Assembly: GCF_037042905.1 (NCBI RefSeq)
Contig: NC_087245.1
Coordinates: 27,034,001-27,098,000 of the forward strand
From: Lytechinus pictus
Lineage: Eukaryota
Direction: 5' to 3'
DNA length: 64,000 nucleotides
How positions within the stretch are numbered: the stretch's first letter is position 1; each line of letters opens with the position of its first letter. The translations under genes and the position numbers were made by a program. The notes below the pieces were generated by a model, which saw only the letters and a program-made list of their open reading frames with translations, did no database searches and was not told the DNA's origin. Positions 49,101 through 61,100 of this stretch are shown here, one piece after another.

Positions 49101-52100
49101 CCAAGTGAATATCAGAAGAAATGGGTAAAACTTTACTGGCAATTAGACAAAATTGTAAATGGGCTATAAAATTACAATTATTCAACCAAATAGTAAGTAG
49201 ACAAACTGGTTGTATACAAACTACGATTAGACCATGTGGGATGAGACGATGCAGGTGAGATAAACAATTCAACAAATAAATTTATTTATGAAATATTTTT
49301 TTAATCTGCTCTTATAGGAATCCATGACATTTGCTCTAAAGACAATTGCTCCCATGGAAAACGTGGACGTGAAGCAAAAACAGACTTTGGACCCTCCCCC
49401 CCCCCCACCTGTTGCGCCTGCCCCTGATATAAGCTTTTATGTAATCATCACTCCTACAGTGTAATAGCATTAAACAGAATTAATACAAAAAAATTGCCAT
49501 CACTCAGTCACAGACGTAAAAGAGGTGACATGACTGACATGTACAAATATCTGTATGGTTACTATGATACAAGTTCTGAGCTTTTCTGTCTGAGAAATGG
49601 TGGTAAAACATGTGGTCATTCCTTAAAGCTAGAGAAAAGATATTTGTATCTTGATGTACGTAAGTTTTTCTTTGCTAACCGAGTGATAGATGTGTAGAAC
49701 AGTCTCCCAGAAGACGTAGTTACTGCTTGTTCAGTGATTGCATTTAAGAATAGACTGGATAAGCATTGGGAGAAGATTGCCTATGATTTTGAGTGATTTT
49801 CGATTCTCATGTGTTTTCATGGAATTTTTTGCTGTCTACGATACCCCTGCCACCCCTCCCTGCCAACATAAGTAGCGCATCTAATTTTGTCTGAAGGAGA
49901 GCAGCAATAGAAATTATACTTTGATCGATGAACAGGCTTAGTCCTACAACATCGTTGGAGTAAACTAAACTAAACTAATACAATACACTAATAAAATACC
50001 AGCATGCATATTTGAATCTTTCTAAGTGAATCTGTATCCATCTTCCAAACTGCACATAAGACAAGATTTATTCACCTTTTCATTACATGGGAGACATGCA
50101 GAAACTTATGTGCAGGCATCGGAGACACAGATCTCAACAACTCCCATGGTTCATTTCCACTAGATATACCACTGCAGGGAATTAAAAGACAACTGCATCA
50201 GAATGATAAAGGAATATCAATAGGAAGACCTAAATGCCAAAAAGGACTACATTCATCTTCGTTACTTCAGAGACTAAAAAAAAATTCTTTTTAAATATGA
50301 ATTTATTTATACTGTGTCAGGTGCAAATTAATGCATTCAACGATGGAAGTGAGCTAAAGCCAGGGTTAAAATAGCTTTTCACTTCAGAATTTTCTTGATA
50401 TCTGGTGCTATGAAAATGCCTATTATCATTATCATCATTGTCACCATCACTTTCATCATATCATCATTATCATCATTATAATCATCATCATTATTTACAA
50501 TCCATGCATTTTATAATATATATGCCCCCCCAACGTTCTTTATCATGAGATGCTTGTATGTCAACTATTTTTCCCTTTTCAAATAGAGATCTCTACACGA
50601 CAGCACAGGCCTCGAGTAAGAATTTCAAAAGCAAAGGAAAGTCAGTAAAACTATAAATCACGATCCGCGCAATATCTTCGCCGCGTGGAATTTTTTTACC
50701 GTGGCACTCGCTGACTTTTTACTTTTAAGTCTTGCGCAACTTCAGAGACCAACTTTGAGACGCCCAGGTACGCAGTTCCAAAATTAGGCAACATTTTGAA
50801 AGTCCATGTCAGACCAAAATTTGCTAAAAAACGTGATTTCGTGTACAAAGTCAATGCAAATTGTGTTTTCAACCAAAAATCATAAATGTATGATTATTTT
50901 AGGTTTTGCTGGTCTAAATGGATTTCTTTTACACCGTTTATGATCTAAAAAGAGTTCCCGACAAAATTCATCGAATTTCCCGGCCATATGATCTCCCAAA
51001 ATACCCCAGCCTAGACAAGGTTAAATGAAGTTTTTAATCACTTTGAAAGAGAAAACTGTTATTAATTGATGCATGATGTTGAGTACACTATGGTCAATAA
51101 CTCTCTCAGCATTAACACATACAAGTGATATCACAATACAGCCGCTACTTGCACACATTTTATATTAAATGCACAAATTACTCTACCTTCTTGTTGTATT
51201 GCTTGAAATGGGGCACAGCAAACCTGCCAGGGAGTCTGTGATGTACTTATTCATCATTTTGATATCAACATTCGCAGCATCACGGTTGCCCTTGGTGATA
51301 TTCAAGCCTTGGAGATGATGCAAAACTTCATCATTATGATACAGGATAACACAATCTGCAAATCTAGATTAAAGGATAACAATCGAAGTAGGTAATGAGA
51401 ATGAAATTATTATTATCATCATCATCATTATCATCATCATTACTCTCATTATCATTGCCACTTATCTGTTCTACAAAGAAATACAGAATTATATGTCTGT
51501 ACTTCTTGAAGAAATTAAGACAATGATGATGATAATGATTATTAATGATGATGATGACGATGATGATATAAACAGCGAAGATAAAGCAGATCATAGCTAA
51601 ATTCTCATTAAATAAAGTAGTCTTAAGAGTTCCCAAATCACAATATGAAAGCACTTTCCTATATATTTCTAAAATAATTTTTGTTCTTTCAATAACAGAC
51701 ACACTAAACTTTTAAAAACACAGAATAATATCAAAATCTGATCTGCATTTGCAAAATTAAAAGAAAATAATTATAAAGCATTTATATAAGTAATATTCCC
51801 TGATAAGATTGCTTATCTAATTTTCATAAGGGATATGTTTTAAAGGTAGCTGGAGACACTTATGAAGATCAAGTTAACCATCTGTAGTGGATTTCATTAG
51901 TATCCTTATATTATCCAGGGTTTTACTCTTAACTTACTTTTGAAGCCAAGCAAGGCAGAACAGATTATTATAATGTTGAAGAGGGCTCTCTCCTTGGGTG
52001 TGGGGTGCTACAGCTACGTCTAGGATGTATGCCATTGGGTAGGTGTCTCGCACAGCCTCACACAGATGAGAACCAAGGCCTTCAATCAAATATTAAAAGA

Positions 52101-55100
52101 ATACAAACAATTCATACATTTCATAATACATGCACACTTAATATTTTGCTGTAAAGATTTTGACTATTCTGAAATATTTCCCATGAAGATTACAATAGAT
52201 TACCAGTTGTTTTGCTATAACTTTAAGCTATTTATGTATCATTGCCAAGTATGAAAATTTAATACAGGTAACTCTGCCAAAGTCAAATTTATTGCGACCG
52301 AGTGGGTGTTTCAAAAAGCTGTTCGCAAATTTAAGAATGACTTTAAGAACGACTGGTGAACCTTTCTTACCTGCTAAATAATCATCAATGAACATTTAAT
52401 GGTGAATATCATTTACCACAAGAAAGGATCACCAGTTTCACTCTTGACTAACAAACAACTTTAAGAAACGGCCCCCAGGCAAATATCCAACTTCAGGAAG
52501 GTCAACTTCTGAAAGCTTATCAGTAAATCCTCTAAAAATCTAAATATGATAACAGCTTTATGTCCCATAGATATAGATAAATCACTTTGCAAACCTGATC
52601 CTGTTCCACCACTGAGACTATGCATCATAACTGTTCCACAGAATGAATCACATCGTTCCACCTCTTTCCTCAACACTTCAAGGGTAACCTCAATCATACT
52701 CTCACTAGGATTGGTGGATGTCCCGTGGTAACCTGGAACCACATCAGAATTAAAATCATTTTGTTTTATAAATCACCTCTTTATTGATAAATCATATAAA
52801 TCATATAACAAAGGTAATAAACATATAAACCCAGGATATCAGTTCTTGTCGAACGAGATACAGGGTAACAATAGCATATATGACATAGGTGTGAACATAA
52901 CATCGTAACAGATACATGAACGAAACATAAGTATAAACATTGTACAAATAACAGAACATAATAATAACAATAATAACAATAATAACTACAACTGGCATTG
53001 AAAAGCGCCATCTATCTAGAAATATTCTATTCTGAGGTGCACTATTAATATCACACCGAAACCACTACATATCGTAGACCTGGCCATAAGTAGACTTTCA
53101 AGGTGTTGGCAGAGTGTAACATCAAACAACGATCTTTCAGAGAGAAAAAGGTGAATATACTTCATTTGCTAGATACTTTCCAACTACATCAAAACAATTT
53201 CAAGGAAATATGGAAAACAGATGGCCATTTCATGGATATAAAGATACAAACTGTGGGTTTTTTTCCGTAGATAGAGTCTATAAATCTAATATACGGTTAA
53301 ATGGTTATCAAAATAGGTAAATGTTTATGCACTAATGGTCATTTGAACAGCCTTTGAATGTTTTGACTCAGCCCTAAATTTTGATACGATAAACTATGAT
53401 TTTTAGAAAATTTATTTAACACCTTAATTTAGTCTTGTCCCACGTTGTCTAATCCTAGTTTATTTAACATCTTAATAATTATTAACACCTTAAATTATTT
53501 GACACCTCAATATTTAAATTCTAATCATCACTCTCATTTAGAAATATGATCATTCCACTCGTTTATACGGAAAAATGAAATAGGCCGCTTTGATTACAAA
53601 ATCGTGCCCTATATCTCAATCACACGGTAACCTTTATAAGGCACTTACCCATGGCCCAGTTTGTTCCTCTGCCTTGTTTGCTCAAGATGACATTTTTCTC
53701 TCTTACAGGAAGTCTGAAAAAAACAGAGAAAGAGACATTTGCCTTATCGTGTTATAGTTTATATTCACTTGATCTACAAGCACTTGGTCTACTTTTCAAG
53801 TAGTCAATGAGTAAAGTAGTTCAAAAAGAGTGACCTTTACAACATTTGACCTTTTAAGTTACCCCCACATCCATTCAAGTCATTATCATTCCCATATGAA
53901 AACATGAGCTTTGTTTCATTTTATCAGAAAGACAGTTCATCAGTTTTTGTGAGAACAAGCTATTTTGTGTACATGTAAAAACTGACAGCCAAGAAATCGT
54001 AACAAATTACTAAGAAATTTCCTATTCTTAAATTTTCCTTCAAATACTCAGCAATTTATTTATCATGGAAGTACGAACAAACAGATTAAAATAGCAATTT
54101 TCTAATCCCCAAATAGGAATATTCCTACTTATTAAAAGCACTAGGCAGGTATGCAACAACATGACCCCCCACCCCCCCCCAAAAAAAAAAAAAAAAAATT
54201 ATCCAGATCATTATCACTCCCACTGTCTCACAAGCAAACATAAGCAAAAATGTATTTTAAATGGATACTTCAGGACTTGAATGCAAAACAAAATCAAATA
54301 AATAATTTTTTCTTTTGATTGTTTTATGTATATATTGTGTAGGGCCCTGGTTGACAAGTGTCTAAACCACTGAACAGGCTACCCTGGGTAAAGAAGACAT
54401 ATAAAATAAAATAAATAAAAACATAAACGATTTCATCATAACCAGGTTAAATATCTGCTGAGTCAGAGAAAGTGTCCTAGTACTAGGTAATTCAAATATC
54501 AAACGGACATCAAATGTTCTTTTATCCAGTAATATATCTTAACATGTGAATAAAATGTACACAGGAAATTCAAATATCCACGCATTAGATTTTTTTCTAT
54601 TGTTTAATTTTGCAAAACAAATGTCCTAATAAATAGAGAAATTCTCTCGATAAAGAACTCAATTGTCCGCAAAATAGAAATTGTTACATATATGTAATCC
54701 TGCATTAGAGCATAAAGTCTTGAATAGGTAAATCAATTGTCATTTAGGTAATTCAGATTAGACTCGCCAGTTGAAAGCAAATGGAAAAGATGCCTTACAC
54801 TATAAAGATATCAGATGAAGATAAGGAGCACTTATTTGATACCTTTAATTAGGCAGGGGGGAAGACCATGTGGAAGTCGTATGCTTCTCAGAAAAATAAT
54901 ACAGACTACCATATCATCAGCCGAGAAGAGGCAAGGAACAATGTCATTTCGGTGGCATGCGGTGGTCATCATTACAGACTTGTGTTTAATGAAACAAGGG
55001 ATAGAGCTACAGATAGGCCAATCGGATGGGAACATCCAGAGTTCACACTGCTACAGATCAACGTAGAGCTCAGACATTTATTTTTCATATTCGACACTGT

Positions 55101-58100
55101 CAACCATCCTGAATGCAATTTCTTCTCAATGATGAAACTGGAAGACTCACTGGCCAAGCGGAAAAGCGACAGGATCACTAGAATCAGGAAGGAGTTTTCA
55201 GTTGGGATGATGAACACCGGGGTCAACTTGGAGCTCATATATCCATTGATGAAGCTGGATTCAATCTATGGACAAAGAGAACCTGTGGTCATGCAAGGCA
55301 TGGCCAACGAGCAGTTAAGAAGTTACAGGATGCTGAGGAGCAATTAGCTACAGAAGACAGAACCTCTTCCTTTGAATACAGTGATACTCAACAGTGTATG
55401 AGACAGAATAATATTTTGATGGAAGTAAAATGAAGCTTTTCACTCATCTTTGTTTTCATTTGAGTTTATGTTGTACAGTAATCAGGCATCGGGATTAAAG
55501 AGTGAAGAAATTATTTTCTTTCAAACTAAGTGCTACCAAGTTGTGTACACATAAGGAAAAGGAAAACACCTGTTGACATAATATTCTGTGGAAATCATGT
55601 AAATGCATCCCATAGCCTATTGTTCTGTGATGAAATTGTGTTTTCTTGTCAGGTAATGTAAAACTTATTCAAGTTTCAAGGTAATTACCAATGAACGTAG
55701 AGGGCAGCAACACACTAAAGTGTTGCTTTTAGGAAGGTCCACTCCGCTCAGATTTTGTGACCACTTAAGCCCCGCCCCTCACTCAGCGCACTTTTTTGGT
55801 AGATTGTAGAGTTGATTTTTTTTCGTTTGTTCAATTTTACTATTTTTTATGGATACTGAAAACTCCACGAAATAATGTAAATATTCTTTAATAACTGTTC
55901 ATTTATTTTTTGAAAAAATTAAGACAAAACGTAATCATGATTCTTGTTGTTTGCCCATCAATAAACATACATAGTCTGATGACATTGAATTACCTCTTTT
56001 CTGCTTAATTTCGCTGCCCCTACAAAGCTACACCAGCCAACACGAGAGCCAATACCTTGATCTTCTGGCATAGCCGCGCCGAAACTTCCGGGACACATCG
56101 GTGCGCGTACTGCGCAAATGCAATGCTGGCCGCACTAGCAGGACTGGCAGGATATCTAGACGCTACTTGACTTAGCCAGATATGGACTTGAACGATAAAT
56201 CTGTCATTGATGTGGCACTAACTGCCAGTTGCAACGATAAATGATCAAGGTTAGGATCCGAATTTTCCCCTACAGTGTAGATCGGAGTCTGAAAGTATAA
56301 AAGAATTAATCGATATCCACGATTCCGACCCAACTTTTTTGCAAGACATCAGGCAGAGCTCGAATACGGCCACCAGTCAAGCTCAAGCCCAGGTAAGTCC
56401 TAGTCTAAAGTTAGACCTAATTAACAGACCAAAATTATCTGGTATCGAGCCATATATGTTTTGACGGGCCTTGACTTGTGAACTATCAAGAGACGAAGGT
56501 ATATGTCAATGTCACAGCTACTTTTTTCATTCCATAATTTCATCCTAATTTGTGCAAATTAGCATGCACAAATACCAGCCAACCGTATCCTACCTCCGCA
56601 TCGACCGGCCGGCCGGGGCGCTGGCGCGGTCAGCCATGGCGCTTGCACTCAAGCGATGGCACTGTTGCTGGATTGTGTAGGCGCATTAATGTGGTGCAGC
56701 GAAACATAGATGAAGAATGTTCAACCTCACGTATATTTGTTATCATGTTGATATGCGAAAGTCATGAAATTGTTTTCACCACCACGTAATATTTTAGGAA
56801 AAATACAGAAATAAATATTGAATATTTTTATGCGTGATATTTGTTGTAAAAGTCTATCAAGTAAAAATGTTAAAAATGAGGAAATAAAAGAAAATCAACG
56901 CTACAATTTACTAAAAAAGTGCGCTGAGTGAGGGGCGGAGCTTAATAGCGGTCACAAAATGAGCTTGACTAAATCGGGGTGAAATTAGCAGATTGGTTTA
57001 TTTGATGGCAAAATCAATCCTGTTTACTGAAGAATTAAAAAAACAAAAGACAATAATCTGGTAATATTTTTAATTTTGAAATGTGGTACATTTTATGTCA
57101 ATTGTTTTTATATTTTTCTATTTCTATTATTGGGATTTAGTCTTGTCATAATCTGTTATTTTACCTCTATTTTGTTATTAATCTCTGAATGTATTGCTGA
57201 AGAATGAAGAATGTTCAACCTCACGTATATTTGTTATCATGTTGATATGCGAAAGTCATGAAATTGTTTTCACCACCACGTAATATTTTAGGAAAAATAC
57301 AGAAATAAATATTGAATATTTTTATGCGTGATATTTGTTGTAAAAGTCTATCAAGTAAAAATGTTAAAAATGAGGAAATAAAAGAAAATCAACGCTACAA
57401 TTTACTAAAAAAGTGCGCTGAGTGAGGGGCGGAGCTTAATAGCGGTCACAAAATGAGCTTGACTAAATCGGGGTGAAATTAGCAGATTGGTTTATTTGAT
57501 GGCAAAATCAATCCTGTTTACTGAAGAATTAAAAAAACAAAAGACAATAATCTGGTAATATTTTTAATTTTGAAATGTGGTACATTTTATGTCAATTGTT
57601 TTTATATTTTTCTATTTCTATTATTGGGATTTAGTCTTGTCATAATCTGTTATTTTACCTCTATTTTGTTATTAATCTCTGAATGTATTGCGTCGGTTCA
57701 TGGTTTCGTTGGCATGCCTACCAAATTGTGCGCGCACTTCATTTGTATGCGCGTATCGAGTGGACCTTCCTAAAAGCAACACTGCCGTGTGTTGCTGCCC
57801 TCTACGTTCGTTGGTAATTACTATATGGTTTATGACTTTGTGAATGAAAAATTTATCCTAATACACATATCTATTCATGAATAATTGTTGTGATGTTTTT
57901 CAAAAGAAATATTCTTTGAATCTCATTTCTTTTGAAAATAAAAACACCACAAGTTTTAAGAGAAAGTTGGAAATCCCTGTAGCTTTTTTTTTAGCAGACT
58001 CATTCCTCCTATCATATAGGAGAGAATAGAGAGAAACAGAAAGAGCATAATCAAAAGTAGAAGAAAATAAGGTGCAGAGAGAAGGAAATGAAGGAAAAGA

Positions 58101-61100
58101 TGATAATTAGAGAAAGAATGAAATGAGAGAAAGAAGAAGAGAAATGGGCTGGAGAAGCAAGAGGGACATGGAAGAAATTGCATTTTTTCCTGCAAAATTG
58201 TGAATCTTGTTATTATGAAGTCAAAAGGGGCCTAAGTTTTCGATCCTAGCAGAATCTTCGTCGGAGGCAAAATGACAAACATATAAAGTGGAACAACCAT
58301 AATATAGACCACAGACAAGCTACAGCAACACTAGAAACAAGGAGACAAAAGGGGCATTAGTGAGTAGAGAAGACCAATCAGGTTAGTGAAGGGGATGAAA
58401 GAAAAGGAGTAGGCAGACACAAAGGGAAGTTAGTGTAAGTAAGGCCAGTAAAAGACCTCAAGCCAAGAGGGATTAAGATAATGAGGCAGGCAACATCAAA
58501 CAGGATCTGGAACAAAACAGTGATAGAGGGTTTGAGGAAGAGATGAATAACAAGAGAATTATTGAGAGGTGGGTCAAACAGGTTACAAAGGCATAATAAA
58601 CTGGTGCATAAGAGTGGGGGAAAAAGGAAAAGAATGGGGAACAACTGATAATGTGCAAAAGACATATAAGTATATATGATAAAGCATTAAACAAACTAAG
58701 AGAAGAAGGAAAGTGTAAATATGTATCTATAAGTGATATGAATATAAATATCCAAAAAAGAAAAATATAAATACACATATGGTGTAACTGATATTGTAAT
58801 CCGCTAGGTGTGACGGGAAAAAAACATAAGACTATATAGTAGAAAAAAAAAACCTGTATATGTGAAAAAGAGGAAGCAAATTGCCTAAGGTAAAAGCAAA
58901 TATAGAAGCTGAGGTTGTATGAGAGAGGGGGTGTATTATGAAGAAACCATAGTATACATATAAATAAGCAAAATAAATATGTGGTAAATCTAAAAGAGGT
59001 GAGTGGAGAAAAAAATATATAATAATTATTATATCGCCTGAATAAGGAAGGAAAAATTGGAGCTGTGCTTGTATGAGATATGGGAGGAAAGTAGAGGAAG
59101 AAACTATAATGTAACTATTCAAAAGAGCTGAGGGGAAAAATTATATGTATATATAAATTGAAAGTGGATAGGAAAGAATAATCAGTCGTTCCCCTCTTGG
59201 ATATTCAGGCCATGAGGTTGGGTGGTGCGAAGTCGTCTCATCCAGAACTTCTCTCTGCTAGTACGGACTGAGTCAGAGCGGGTACCTAAAGATTCGATGC
59301 CCTGTAGCATCATGTCAGTGATGGAGTGGTTGGGGAGGTTAAAATGGCGGCCAACTGGAGTATCCAGCTTTGCTGTGTTGATGGTGGATATGTGCCCGTA
59401 GAATCGTTTCTTGAGTGTGGTCTAGGTTTCCCCTATGTATTGAACCCTACAAACTCTGCAAGTGATGAGATATACAACATTAGTGGTAGTGCATGTGATG
59501 TTGCCCTTGATTTGGTGAGACAGGCTGGTAGAGTTGCTGGTGAAAGTGTCGCCCTCGTGAATGTGTATTTCACATATGATGCACCTGTTGCTGGTGCATT
59601 TGAAGGTGCCATGCTGTATAGGAGAAGAATGGTTAGTGAGGGAGGGCACTTCAGCACGAACAATGAGGTCCCTGAGATTCGGTGGGCGTCGGTATGCTAG
59701 AAGGGGAGTATCGGGAACGGCCTGTTGGAGACGATCAGAAGTGTTTAAAATATGGTGGTTATCACACAGGATTTTGCGGAGAGGGGGTAGATTGGGATGG
59801 AAGGTGGTCACAAGCGGTATTCTGTTGGTAGTCTCCTTGTCACTTTTTGGTTTGAGAACTTCAGATCTGGGGAGAAAACAAACTTTGTTAATTGCCAGTT
59901 GGACTGCCCTGGCCCCGTGGCCCCTGGCACAGAGATGTTTCTGCAAATTCCTGGCATGGAAGAAAAATCAGGGTCCTCGGAGCAGATACGGCGAAGTCTG
60001 AGGGCTTGACTGTAAGCAATGCCGGTTTTGCAGTGACGGGGGTGGCAGCTGGATGAGTGGAGGTACTGGTGGGTATCTGTGGGTTTGGTGTATAGGGTAG
60101 TGGTGATACCGTTAGGCTTTTTCTGGACTGTGACATCAAGGAAGTGGGTTTCCTGTTGGGAGAAATCAGAAGTGAATTTGATGGTCCTGTGGAAGGAATT
60201 GATGTGGTCAATGAATGTATGGAGGCTATCTTCCTCCCTGGTCCAGATGAAGAAAATGTTGTCTATGTAACGCCACCAAATCCATGGGCGACAGGGGCTG
60301 AATCTAACATCTGCTGTTCCAGCTTGGTCATGAAGAGACAGGCGAATGAAGGAGCAATCCGGGTGGCCATTGCTGTACCGAATATCTGTAGGTAGTGCTT
60401 GCCCATGAATGTGAAGTTGTTTTTTGTTAGTACATGAGACATATCAGAGATTTGATATCGGATATGGGGGGACTGGAATGGCCACTGGCGGCTAAGGCTT
60501 CACGTGATGCTTGGATACCTTCGTCGTGGGGAATGCTGGTGTACAGTGAAGAAACATTGAAAGTGCTGATGATCGCAGTCTCGGGTATCTGGTCCTTGAT
60601 GTCATTTAGTTTCCTGAGAAAGTCTGGAGTGTCATGGATGTAAGAGGGTGCACGTGAGACAAGGGGTTTAATGTGGTAATCAACAAAAAGGGAGATGTTC
60701 TCTGTTGGGGAACAATTTCCTGAGAGGATGGGTCGACCGGGGTTGCCAGGTTTGTGAATCTTGGGGAGGAGATAGAAGCGGGCAGGTTTAGCATTAGTAG
60801 GAGAGAGAAATTTGTGGGCCTTCTCGGAGAGATGCTTGTGTTCTTTCATGTCATTCAGTGTCGATTGGATCTGTAGGGAGAAATTACAAGAAGGGTCAGA
60901 ATCAAGGAGTGCATAGTGAGATCGATTATTGAGATGTTTCATGGCTTCATCGATGTACTGCTGGCGGTCCATAACGACGACGGCTGATCCTTTGTCTGCA
61001 GGCTTCTTGGGTGGACTCCATGTGCTTTTCCGGTAGAAGGGCTCAGGATCAGAAGGGGGTTCATCTAAAAAAAACTCTTTGAGACGTATCCTGTGATAGA

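Noticed and set aside
51364..51702. 112-aa ORF with Asp/Asn/Ile runs
   Set aside because: Intronic (ATC/ATG)n microsatellite adjacent to a true exon.
59326..60643. Plus-strand ORFs over Penelope
   Set aside because: Antisense shadows of the RT/endonuclease frame.
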